Part shown: positions 1 to 11,949 of the stretch, piece after piece | Position numbering within the stretch: the stretch's first letter is position 1 | Layout: each line of letters starts with the position of its first letter | Assembly (NCBI RefSeq): GCF_006345805.1 | Contig: NC_043013.1 | Span: 42,098,001-42,162,000, forward strand | Origin: Octopus sinensis | Taxonomy: Eukaryota | Reading direction: 5' to 3' | DNA length: 64,000 bases | The notes under the pieces: generated by a model | Seen by the model: the letters and a program-made list of their open reading frames with translations, nothing else | Database searches by the model: none | What the model was told of the DNA's origin: nothing | Made by a program: the position numbers and the translations under genes

Positions 1-682
1 AACTGACTCGTGTAAATTTTACAAAACCCTTCTTCTTCACAGTCGGAAAAATTTTGTCACAAACAAATTACGATATAATCCGAACCTACACCATCTGAAA
101 CGTATTTGAAGAAAATTTCATGAAAAATTATCCGTGTTTTCTGAGAGTTATGCGGAAACAAAACCGTGGGGCACACTTGTGTAGGTATGCCGCTTGCGCG
201 TGTGTGTGTACGCCCGTTCGTATGCATTGATTTTAGATACTGTTCTCTTTTAATGATTCTTATAGACGTCTCCATTGTAACTAGGCAATCCCCCACCATC
301 CCCATCTATCTCGACACTGCCCTAAATGTATTTTGTCGAGCTTAGATTGTATTTCCTCTGACTAAAAATACAGGAACGCGAAATTGTTTACGGTTTCATA
401 TTTGATCATTGGGAATTGCGGAATTTGATTACAAAACATGTAAAGAATGCGTGTGTGTGAGTGTGTGTGTTTGTAAGTGTGTGTGTGTGGTTGGGATATC
501 TGTATATTCTTTTGTGTGTGTGTGTGTGTGACAAAAGGTGTTAGTAAGCACCAGCATTTCCCACTTTAGTGACAACTGTACTTGTTGCCTCTCGGTTCTA
601 AATTGCGAAAGCTACCGCAATACTTTATATATATTTGATTTGATTTTTTAGTTTCAGCTCATGAGCTGTGGCCATGCTGGGG

Positions 683-785
<103 letters not shown>

Positions 786-806
786 GTTTCGAGGTGATGT
801 ACAGGT

Positions 807-1325
807 ATTATATATTAGAAAAAAATAAGGTACTCAGAGATCTGGACGGTTGTACATTTACAGATACTTATTAATATGTCACATGTTTTTATAAATAATA
901 TAATAGCGCTTGCATCTACTCTAGTAGATTCTTCAGATTGGAATTTTTGAGGGGATTCGTCTCTATTTATAGTATTATTGAGTGTGTAGGGGTGGAGAGA
1001 TATATAGGATAGTAAAAGAGGGCGAGGAATGGGGAGAAAGTGAGAGAGTGTGTGTGTGTGTGTGCCTGTGTATCTGAAAGGAGTGTCAATGGAGAAAGAG
1101 AAGGAAAGAAAGAAGGAAGAGAGAAAGAAGACAAAATGTGTTTACATCTACACAGCTGGTCAGTTCCTTCAATAGAAAGTTATGAGTTGATTCTTGGTCT
1201 TTAAAAATGGCAAAACCAGGTGGCTACGCTAATATATGATTTATAAAAACATGTGACATATTAATAAAAATCTGTAAATGTACAACCATCCAGATCTCTG
1301 AGTACCTTATTTTTTCTAATATATA
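807..1325. repeat. Inverted repeat with ~100-bp arms (807-908 / 1227-1325), Penelope-like
   Basis: taaggtactcagagatctggacggttgtacatttacagat...atgtcacatgtttttataaa and its reverse complement. A degenerate hammerhead core lies at 904-936 on -. Confidence 0.8.
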
Positions 1326-1374
1326 TATATATGCGCGATAGTCTTTCGTTAGTAGCTTCGAATTTTACAATTCT

Positions 1375-1645
1375 GTAAATAATATTTTGTAAGCTTAAGG
1401 CTTATAAGTGATTACTGCAATGAAATAAGAAAATAGTCTAATATTGGGGCATATAAGCCCTCAGCGGAAAAAAGTAGGATACGAGAACCATACTTTTTTT
1501 CTGTACCCTACTTTTTTCCGTCGAGGGCTTATATGCCCCAGTATTAGACTATTTGGAATTTTTTTTTACGGCAAATAAATTTATCCTATTTTCTTAAGTC
1601 ATTACTCGGTGACCGCTTATAAACCATAAGCTTATAAAATATTAT
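1375..1645. repeat. Fold-back (palindromic) element
   Basis: Inner arms aaatagtctaatattggggcatataagccctc...aaaaaagtagg and reverse complement; more diverged outer arms. Confidence 0.75.
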
Positions 1646-1715
1646 ATATACATAAATATATGCATATGTGTATGTCTCCCCCTCTCTCTCTCTCTCTCTC
1701 TGCCTCTCTCTAAAT

Positions 1716-1765
<50 letters not shown>

Positions 1766-2106
1766 TATATATATAGGGAGAGAGAGAGTTATCCTAGAAA
1801 TATATTTTTTTACTACCCACAAGGGGCTAAACATAGAGGGGTCAAACAAGGACAGACAAAGGGATTAAGTCGATTACATCGACCCCAGTGCGAAACTGGT
1901 ACTTTATTTATCGACCCCGAAAGGATGAAAGGCAAAGTCGACCTCGGCGGAATTTGAACTCTGGACGTAACGACAGACGAACTAGAGTTATCCTAGAAAT
2001 AATGCGGTTTATTTATACTTCTTTTTTTTCAAAATTAAGATAAAGTTCTTTTTAAATCTAAAATATGCTCTCCTTCATTTCCTACAATACTCTTCTATCT
2101 ATTTAG

Positions 2107-2562
2107 TCGACTTGCAAGTTTGTGTGTTGTTAGTCCACTTTCACGAGATGCTTGGCGTGTTGATTTTTACGGGCTGCGATTAAACATTTCCTGCACTGTT
2201 GCCACATTCTCCTCTGCTCGGGATGTGGTTGGACGGCCCCACTTCTTGCATCGTTCACAGAGTCCGTGGTCATCAGCTTTGCGTGACAACTTTTTATTGT
2301 CTCCGGACACAGTGTTGCATGCTTACCTTTCCATCCACGCCACCATATCTGAAGCAAAACAGTAGGATTCCACACTTGATAGCGTCCTGCTATCTTAGAT
2401 CGCTCCTGAACAGCCAAGTGACCAGCCATCTGGAAAATAAGAAACAAGACAATAACATTTTAAAAAAATCTCAATCTGTTTAAAGTGTTTTCGTCATGAC
2501 TTCAGTGATACTAAAAATTCTTTAAGCAATTTCTAATGCCTAGTTACATTCCACCCACCCTG
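2107..2562 (-). mobile_element. 5' fragment of a Tc1/mariner element with DUF4817-like N-terminal HTH (rosa/DD41D-like, tentative)
   Basis: Terminus CAGGGTGGGTGG on -. Translation MAGHLAVQERSKIA...SVNDA RSGRPTTSRAEENV...NRSP*KSTRQASRESGL contains a frameshift. No catalytic domain, so the subfamily is uncertain. Confidence 0.65.
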
Positions 2563-2567
2563 TGTGC

Positions 2568-2598
<31 letters not shown>

Positions 2599-2601
<3 letters not shown>

Positions 2602-3815
2602 GGGTTGGACAAAATAATAGAAACACCTTAAAATTTCAAACAAATTAATTTTAATATGGGGTAGGACCGCCTTTGGCAGTAATTACAGCTTGAATTTTAT
2701 GAGGTATGGACTCGTACAAAGTTTGAATTATTTCTAAAGGAATTTTTCTCCATTCTTCAGCTAAAACAGTCTCCAGTTCTTGTAGTCATGATGATGGAGG
2801 ACATAGACTCTTACTTGTTTTTCTAAAATGCACCGTAAATGTTCAATAATATTGAGATCTGGGGACTGTAGTGGCCAGATAAGATATTCAACTTCACTAG
2901 AATGTTCCTCGTGCCATTCAGTAACAACTTTAGTTGTGTGAATTGGTGCATTATCATCCTGAAAGATTGCGTTTCCCTCCGGAAACAGTCCCGCAACCAT
3001 AGGATGAATTTGATCAGATAGAATGCTTAAATAGTCATAACTATTAATTCTGCCATGAAGGAAAACCATTGGGCCAGCGGATTTCCAAGATATAGCCCCC
3101 CCCCCGGTCATTAGAGATTCTCCTCCATGTTTAACAGTTAAAAGAAGGCGGACTGGGTCAAATGCTTCTTTTGGCTGTCTTCACACGTATACTCGGCCGG
3201 TGGTCGAAAATAAGGTAAAGGATGACTCGTCCGAGAAAATACCATTCTTCCACTGCGCTAGGGACCAATTCTGTAGGTTTTTACTCCACTCTAAATGCTT
3301 TGCAACGTTTGTTTTTGGAAGTAGTGGTTTTCTGATTGCAGCCCTCCAATAAAATCAGGCTTTGTGCAGCTCCCGGCAAACAGTTTTTGTAGAAACTGGG
3401 TTCTCGAGCAACTTTGGGAGTTATACTTTTTTGATCCTTTCTAACAATTTGCGTAAAAGTCCGACAGTCCCTATCTGAAAGTTTTGGTTTTCTTCCGGAG
3501 TTTTGTTTCGACAAGGAGGTTTTTCCCTCTTTCTCAAAAGCTGTCATTACTTTTGAGACAGTACTTCTTGATACACTAAACATTTCGACTGTTTTCGTTA
3601 CGCTTTGAAAATCCGATAGATCTGTCATTTTATTGAATTTTAATTACCTTTTTCTGATGATATCTGAAAAGAAACAGCAATTTTAGCAAAACATATTAAG
3701 CAACACTAATAATAAATCAAAAACCATAAAAATAAACAAGCTATTGACGGTTTTATAGATATTTCAAAATTACGATGCTATGATGCTATGTTTCCATTAT
3801 TTTGCCCAACCCCTG
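2599..3815 (-). mobile_element. Full-length decayed Tc1-like DNA transposon, DD36E (Incomer-type)
   Basis: 26-bp TIRs (CAGGGGTTGGACAAAATAATAGAAAC, 2 mismatches to the other end), TA on both sides, 1217 bp long, transposase remnant on the - strand. Confidence 0.9.
2651..3628 (-). pseudogene. Tc1 transposase pseudogene (frameshifts, in-frame stop)
   Basis: HTH region (VSRSTVSKV...GRKPKLS), FSDESSF, QDDNAPIH, SPDLNIIEHL and C-terminal GGPTPY*, split over several frames with a W-to-TGA stop. Confidence 0.9.
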
Positions 3816-3853
<38 letters not shown>

Positions 3854-4859
3854 ATATATAACAAATTAATAAATAAAACATATGCATATATACATACATA
3901 TATGTACGTACCTACATCTACATGTATATATACATGCATATATGGGTACAGGACACCAAAATAACGCCGAACCCAATGAGAAACGAAAACATAAACACAA
4001 AACCAAGGAACTGGACATTTTTCTTAAACAACGAAAAAATAGAGTACAGGACAAATAACACAAGGAAAATTCCCCTTCTTCAGTCGCCATGGTTTCATCT
4101 ACTCCGCGTTCGAAGGTCATATATATATATATATACATATATATATATGCGTACTTAGATCGTGGACTCTCCTATTGACAACAGCTGAGTGTTGTTCCGC
4201 AGTTTGTTGTGGCACAACCTGCACAAATTACACGTTTATAGTGATCCGAGTCGACGTCTGTACAGGTGCACAGTGTGCCACACGTTAGATGTCGAAAAGA
4301 TCACAGAGCAAACGTGAGATGAAGTGTTTCGCTCAAGAACACAACGCCCCCGCCTGCTCCGGGAATTGAACCCACGATCTCACAGTCGTGCGTGCAACAT
4401 CCTGACCACTGGGTCACACACTCACACACCCATGTATGCACATATATGCGTGCGTGAAGATTACAACCATCTGAAGAAAGCCTCCACATTATTCGATCTG
4501 CTAGAATTAACAACCAATTCTCCTTCAAACCACACCCTGCTGTCACACGAAAGACTATATTCATTACATAATATAGTCCAGGGCACACAATACCAGAAAT
4601 AGGCAAATAAAAAGAATAATTATAATGGGGGAAAAAACGTGATAGACTTCATAGCTTAAATGTTTTTGATCATGGGTCTGCTAGATGAAGACTGACCTTG
4701 GGCTAAACACCTCCTACAACAACAGCAACAATGGTTTTATACCGTTCTGCACATCCAACCTCTCTTACCTTTATTACTATTGATCTTTGCCCGGCAAACT
4801 TCCAAATGTCACTGCCATTCGGCTAGTCTTTTGATGTTTGGTTTTGTGTGCACTTTCTT

Positions 4860-4897
4860 CCTTCTCTCTTTCTTTCTTTTTTCTCTCTCTCTCTTTC

Positions 4898-4945
<48 letters not shown>

Positions 4946-5140
4946 CCTTTCTGCATCACTTCTTCCATCTCTCTCTCTCCTCTTTCTCTTTCTCTTCGCA
5001 TCTCTTCTTCCCTCTCTCTCTCTCTCCTCTCTTTCTGCATCTCTTCCATCTCTCTCTATCTCCATCTTTTCTTCCATCTCTCTTTCTCTCTCTCTCTCTT
5101 TTCTCTCTCTTTCTCTGCATCTTTTCTTCCATTTCTCTCC

Positions 5141-5172
<32 letters not shown>

Positions 5173-5460
5173 CTATCTATCAATATTTCTTATCGATCTA
5201 CTTCTCTCTTTTCTTGTTGTCCTCTCTCTATATATCTATATCTCTGCATTTATCTCACTATGTTCCTCTGCCCCTCACTTTGTACTCTGTCTTTCATTAT
5301 ATTTCTATCTCTCTCCCTCTCTTCCCCTATCACTACCGCTCTCTTTTCCTTTGTCGTCTCTCTCACTCTCTCTCTCTCTCTCTCTAATTCTCCCTTTCTA
5401 CACTTGTCTCACGATGTTCTTATCTCCTTTGCTTCGTATTCTCTCTCCAACCACCCTCCC
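4860..5460. repeat. (CT)n-rich polypyrimidine low-complexity tract
   Basis: Direct inspection. Confidence 0.95.
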
Positions 5461-6049
5461 TCCAACCACCCCGCCACTTTTACTGTATTTCGTTTACCTA
5501 TCCAATTACCCTCATGTGTGCTGATACTGACCGCGTAAATTCAGACATATACACATATACTCGAAAACACACACTTGAAATATGCATTTATAACCACACA
5601 CACAGACGCACACCCATTCTCAGATATATATTTACATCTAGGCACACACTGATTCACGCGCACTCACACAGCTGTGTGTGTGTGTGTGTGTGTCACGTAT
5701 GAGAATATCATTATACAATAGCGAAATGCCCCAAGGGAGAGTGTTCTGCATATTAAATACAAATATGATTCTGTCTAAATTAATATACAAAGATGATAAA
5801 CTACGGTTGACTGAACTTAACCAAGCCATTAGTAGTTAAGGACTCCCTCTGTGGCGTTTACAATCTAAAAACTAATAAACTATGAAGATAGCCTCCTTTA
5901 AGATCAGCTGGTCGGAATCTTTGAACTAAAGAGAATATAGATTGGTGTAGGTCTGGGTTAAAGGCCAACAGTTGAAAGTAACGGACTATTTCAGTCTTAT
6001 TAGGTCTCATCGGCGAAATATATCTTCTATTTAGTTGACAATGTTTATG

Positions 6050-6081
<32 letters not shown>

Positions 6082-6092
6082 CGCGCACACAC

Positions 6093-6400
6093 AGTGAAGG
6101 CGCATAGCTCAGTGGTTAAAGCGTCGAGCTTACGATCGTGAGGTTGTGAGTTCGAATCCCGGACTGGGCTGCGTGTTTTGTTATTGAAAAACTGTAGAAA
6201 TGAGTTGCGACGTCACAGGTGTCAAGCTGTATCGGCCCTTGCCTTTCTCTAGGATAACACTGGTGGCGTGGAGAGGAGAGGTCGGTATGCATGGGCGACT
6301 GCTGGTCTTCCATAAACAACCTTGCCCGGACTTGTGCCTGGGGGAGGGGGTGACTTTCTTGGTGCAATCCCATGGTCAGTCATGACCGAAGGGAGTCTCA
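6093..6400 (+). mobile_element. tRNA-derived SINE with intact Pol III A/B boxes
   Basis: A box TAGCTCAGTGG and B box GTTCGAATCC, continuing into a SINE body. No paired acceptor stem. Confidence 0.75.
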
Positions 6401-8028
6401 GCATATGCGCACACACTCACACATATTGAGGTGCAAGTATGGGTGTGTGGTTGCAATGTTCGCTTCCCAGTTATGTAGTTTCTCCTATCGCTCTAGTCCA
6501 ACCGATGCGTTGCGAATGATTATGCTTGACGGAAACTGAGTAGAATCCTATCGTAAAACATATCAAAAGCCTGAGAGAGACGGGCTTCTCGCAGAGGCCT
6601 GCGAAACTTCATGTCGCATAGAACCGAAGCAAACTGTTTTCGATAATAAACATTTGTGTGTTTGATGATTAGGAGCGTGAAATTCGAATGACTGGATATA
6701 AAGTAACAGTTGTAATAATCATAAATGACTCTCACCCCTCAGTATTTTAAGTACTGGATTGGCCTTCTTTTCTGTACATATTAGATGGTTAGACAGATAG
6801 ATGCACACATACATAATACGTGCTCCCATCACTAACAACTACAAACATTTTCTTCATCATTTTTTTGCCATACCCTCTCATTGTATCCGTCAATCCATTG
6901 TCTGTCCGATTGCATGAAATGTGTTTTTATAGCAATGCTTTGATGTACAGGATGAGCAACAACGCATTTGTGTGAGTGTGTATGAGAGAGAGAGAGAGAG
7001 AGACAGAGAGAGACAGAGAAACAGACCGAAGTCGTTTTGTTGCCGATGGGGGTTTGGAGGTTCTACTTACTCCTTAACGAGGGTAGTAGCGTTTTATATG
7101 TCCTTAGTATCGAAACGTTGAATGAATGGGTTAGCGGACCAGGGTGAGAGAGGGGGGAGGGAAGGAGGAAGGAATGAGAAGAGAGGAGGAAATGGTGAGG
7201 GGGGAACGGATGGTGCAAGAAAAGAGAAACAAATGCGCGGGTGTTCGGGGGTGGGGGGCGTTCATCGACCCGCCCCAACCCCACTCCGGAAGGATGAAGG
7301 GCAACGTTAATTGCGATAGATTTTGAATTTATTATGTTAATAAATATCACAAGCACTTTTCCTAACACTCTAACGACTCAACCAGGTATATATCTAGTTC
7401 AACCCTGCCAGACCCCTTGTAAAATTATTTTGATGTATGTGACATTTTTGCTCTGTCGGTTAGAAATAGCAACTTATTCACTCCTCAAATCACATCCGCC
7501 CTCTTTATAAACAAAAATATCAGGAATAGATAATCTCAACGTTACTCATAGATAAGAGGCAATAATTACAGCTGTGTTTCCACTCCCCTCATCGACTTTG
7601 TTTCCTCATAACTTTTTCTTCATCGTACGTTTCAGTGAGGTAAATGAATTATCCGAACCCCCCTCCTTCAATTTCTTTTCTTCACTTCACATTTCGACCA
7701 TGATATCATAAAATATCGGAAGTGTATCTCTCTTTTATTCTTTTCATTTGCTTCGGTCATGTAACTGCAGTTGTGCTGCAGAACTGCCTTAAAGGGTTTT
7801 AGTCGAACAAATCGACCCCCAGGACTTGATTTTTTTTTAAAGTCTAGTACTTATTCTATCGGTAAACTTTGCCGAACCGCTAACTTAAGGGAACGTAAAT
7901 ATACCAACACTGGATGTCAAGCAGTGATGAGGGGTGTCAAACAGACAAAGACACATACACACAGATATATACATATATAAGTGCCAATGTACAAAACTCT
8001 CGGACCTTGAATCTACTTCTGCTAAATA

Positions 8029-8077
<49 letters not shown>

Positions 8078-8092
8078 TATATATAATATATT

Positions 8093-8437
8093 TATATTAC
8101 GGAGATGTAATTGCATAGCAAGTGATCTGATCTGAGATCGTGTGCTGGAACGAAAACAATTGCAGCGTGGAAGGTGTTAATAAGCCATTTAAGAAACACA
8201 CAAAAGCCGTTCGATTCACTTCAACATTTAAGTTTAAATTTTCAAAATATTTTCGTCGCTTTGAGACCGCAACCTGACAAAACTTCGAGATGCATCTCGA
8301 AGTTTTGTCAGTGAACAAGTCGCGGTCTCAAAGCGACGAAAATATTTTGAAAAATTAAATTTAAATGTTGAAGTTATTCGAACAGCTTTTGTGTGTTTCT
8401 TAAATGGCTTATTAACACCTTCCACGCTGCAATTGCT
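8093..8437. repeat. Asymmetric palindromic element, copy 1
   Basis: Arms about 8157-8290 and 8295-8435, perfect centre GACAAAACTTCGAGATGCATCTCGAAGTTTTGTC, ~60-bp unpaired left extension. Lies in the TA tract of a SINE. Confidence 0.85.
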
Positions 8438-8879
8438 TATATATATTATATATTATACACACACACACTACGGGTGTCTTGCAGTTTCTGTCTACCAAAT
8501 CCACTCACAAAGCCTTTGTCGGCCTGAGGCTATAGTCGAAAACACTTGCCCGAGGTTCCACACACTGGGCCTTAACCCGGAACCATGTAGTTGAGATTCA
8601 AACTTCTTACCACACAGCTTCGTAGAAAATTTCATTTAAAAATATCCATTTTTCAGAAAGTTATGAGAGACTAAGCCGCTGGTGTGTACATATTGCCTTG
8701 AAGGAAAATAAAAAACAAGGGATAGTTATGATTGTAACATTTTTAATCACATGTATACTGGATCAGGGCTGACCTGGGTCTAAACAACAGCGTAGATAGT
8801 GCTTGATCCTTTTATGAGATATATTGCAACCTAGCCGGACCCCTCTCATATTACATCTTACCATTTTAAATGATGTAGT

Positions 8880-9049
8880 TCTGGGATGAACCCCCGAGAG
8901 GAACTTCGCAAAGTGAAACAGCGAAGCTGCTTTTGGGCCTCATCTCAGAAGAGGGCCGGGCCTCTTCAGTCATGAATTTACAGTGCCCTTTCTGGGATCT
9001 CTGAGCCCGGCTTTAGATCTCCGTGCCGATGTACTGGTTGAGAACCCCT
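8880..9049. mobile_element. hAT-like MITE remnant
   Basis: GGTTGAGAACCCCT at 9036-9049 is the reverse complement of the 37207 terminus. Left end unresolved. Confidence 0.35.
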
Positions 9050-9157
9050 TCACATGAGCCTATGTGTGTATGTGTTTGTGTGTGTACAAACATACCTATA
9101 TATATATATGTATTTTTTCCCTCTGTCTTCCCTTCTCGGGATTTTTCCTTCTCCTAT

Positions 9158-9192
9158 GTTTCCGACGAAGAGCTCCGCTCGAAACGTTAAAC
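9158..9192 (+). ncRNA. Minimal type I hammerhead-like motif in a Penelope-like fragment (about 9110-9295)
   Basis: GTTT/AAAC stem I, CCGACGA core (U4C variant), extra A, GAGC-TCC-GCTC stem II, GAA, palindromic ACGT stem III, GUU triplet. Confidence 0.5.
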
Positions 9193-9449
9193 CCTCCTTC
9201 TTCCCTTCTTTCCTAAGCGTCCAATAATACTATATTTGTTCCACGTCCTCGCGTTGTTGTGTTTTTTTGTGTTTTCTTGTTTGGATTAACTTTATATATA
9301 TATATATATACACACACACACGCATTTATATGTATGTGCTATATGCGAAAATACACACAAATATATACGCATACATAAGTATGTACATAATGTGTTTGTG
9401 TGTGTATTGATCGATATATATATCTATATATATATACACACACACAAAA

Positions 9450-10292
9450 AGAGTGCGATAGGTAAATTGTCGCCATTTTATATTTTTAATTTCACACATG
9501 CGCTTTGTTTGTTTTTGATTTTGTCGACTACACAGTATAGTAGGGTTAGTTGGGCACCGTCTTTGAGAAAAAAAAAACCATGACGCGATTCACTCTGCCG
9601 GAAATTTGGAAACGACATGGTGCACTGCTTGGCATTCGCGCCAGAAGCTCCAATACGAACATTTCAGAATGTTTGGATGTCTATCTGAAGACAGTGCAAG
9701 GTGAGGACATGTACCGAGAGTGATAAAAATCAAACATCCAGTCAACATCATATTGTTTGGAGTGATCACTTGTGATGGCGACGTTATGCCTCCATATCTT
9801 ACTTGGCCTCAGACTCAACACGAAGGCTTACCTCAAGTGCTTAAAGGAGGTAGTGCTGCCCTGGGTTAAGAGAGTGGCTGCTGGAAGACCCTATGTCTGG
9901 CAACAGGGCTCTGTATCATGTCACACAAGCAGGAGAACCCAGTCATGGCTGTCAGAAAATTTCTACGATCACATTACCCCTGACATCTGACCGTCTAACT
10001 CCCCAGACTGCAACCCCTCGATTATTTTGAGTGAGAGACCAACAAAACACCTTGAACTGAAGGCAAGGGTTATGGCAGCGTTCACCAACTTAAACAAGGA
10101 GACCGTTCAGAAGAGTTGCAGGAGATTCCAAAGTCGTCTGGAGGCCGTGGTTGAAGCCAGTGGCGATATTATTGAATAAATTTCCTCTTTAGTATTTCAA
10201 GATATTTTAATGTAATTTTGGTAAATATATGTTAAAATGAGATTTATTTTCATTTTTGCATAATTTAGACGATAATATATTCACCATATCCC
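9450..10292 (+). mobile_element. Internally deleted maT/DD37D-type transposon remnant
   Basis: ATG at 9580 gives a short N-terminus joined to PRVIKIKHPVNIILFGVITCDGDVMPP, then WQQ(G)S...*PSNSPDCNPLDY. There are 37 residues between the second and third catalytic positions. TIRs are degraded. Confidence 0.75.
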
Positions 10293-10423
10293 ATATATGC
10301 ATGCATGCATGTATGTATGTGAATGTAATATATGTGTCTGTCATGTATATATATATATCTTTACACTTATTTTGTGTGTACTTATAAGTACGTCTTTCCT
10401 TGTGTATGTACATGCCTGCTGTC

Positions 10424-10456
<33 letters not shown>

Positions 10457-11139
10457 TGTATGTATGTATGTATGTATGTATGTATGTATGTATGTATGTA
10501 TCAATATGTGTGTGTAAGGTACACGTTAGTCTTTCTGTGTAACTTATTAATGACCTTTCAGTGACTCTACGCACGGCAGTATCATTTTCTCTTGCATCAA
10601 TTAATTACAAATTACAATTGCTCCAACAGACAGACATAGATATATTTCGTACATGCCATAATGGCTTTAATAATACAATTATATAAGTCGATGTAATTGC
10701 TTCGTAATTCCCCCAGCTCCGATCTAACTGACATATGATCAACAGCGTTCCACATGCGACCATCCCATCACCCTTCTCCCCCAGCTTCCAATTGCATCGA
10801 TATTAAAATTCGTTCTATATTGATTAGCGAATTGCAAAAAGTTGCCTCCTTGCAATATTGATTCTGGTTCTCTATGTTCTGAGTTCAAATCTCGCCAAGG
10901 TCAACTATGCCGTTTCATTGTTTTGGGGCTCGATGACCCCCTCCCTCCTCTGTAGTGTAGCCGGAGACGGGGGAGGGAGTACGGTCCGAGCCGGGCGACG
11001 CTTTTTTACAGGGCCCCACTTTTGAGTATGCTGTATAAAATTATATAGGCGTGGGTTCCCGAGGAAAGGGTGCGGCTAACTCAAGGGGTGTTCCAAGCGG
11101 CACAAATTCTAGCTACCCCACTGTGATGCATTCGTCTCG

Positions 11140-11390
11140 TGATAGTAACAACTGGCATAACTACACAATTGTGCCCCACACCCCGATTTCCTTGCCTCAT
11201 AAATTCCAGAATTATGGATATTTTTGATGAAATTCTCTTCAAATACACTTCAGATGGTGAAAATTTTTTCCGAGGGTCAGGGTCGAAAAATTCACGTGAG
11301 TCGGCTTTGTTCCCTCAGATCTTTCAGGGAAATGAAATTTTCTTCAAATACCTTTCAGAGTGCATAGATTACGAATGTATTGTTATTTAA
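11140..11390. repeat. Unclassified interspersed repeat; related copy in opposite orientation at about 57-190
   Basis: Conceptual translations of 57..305(-) and 11139..11390(+) share GI(P/T)TQ(V/L)CPT...IF(H/D)EI(F/L)FKY(V/T)SDG, reflecting shared DNA rather than a protein. Confidence 0.55.
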
Positions 11391-11949
11391 TATGGTGGAC
11401 TCGTACACATACATACTGACACGTATCACAATCCATTTTTCTTTTTCTTTTTTTTTTTTTTTGTAATTTCAAGTTTCATTAACTATCTTTTCTATGGCAG
11501 TCACAAGGCCTTAAACTTGTGGAATGGCCTAGTCGATTACATCGAACGCAGTACTTCTTTTATCGACCCCCGAAAGGATAAAAGCAAACTCGGTTTCATC
11601 AGAATTTGAACTCAGAACGTAAAAACGTGTCGGAAGAAACGCTGCGAAGCATTTTGTCCGACGTAATAATAATAATCCTTCCTACTATAGGCACAAGGCC
11701 TGAAATTTTGAGAGAGGAGGCTAGTCAGTTACATCGACCCCAGTGTGTAACTGGTACTTATTTTATCGATCCTGAAAGGATGAAAAGCAAAGTCGAACTC
11801 GATGGAATTTGAACTCAGAACGTAAGGACGGACGAAATGCCGCCAAGCATTTTGCTCGGCGTGCTAACGATTCTGCCAGCTCGCCGCCCTAATAATAATA
11901 AGAATAGTAAGAAGAGGAATTCTTTGAAAGGTTAAGTTTTATTTCTTTA

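Noticed and set aside
3654-3675. CTGATGA...GAAA inside the Tc1 element
   Set aside because: No stems I-III; chance match.
3950-4120. Hammerhead around CTGAAGA on - at about 4080
   Set aside because: GAAA is absent (GAAC) and stems could not be closed; probably a decayed Penelope-like fragment.
6095-6170. tRNA gene (TAC loop)
   Set aside because: The acceptor stem does not pair and the sequence runs into a SINE body; it is a tRNA-derived SINE head.
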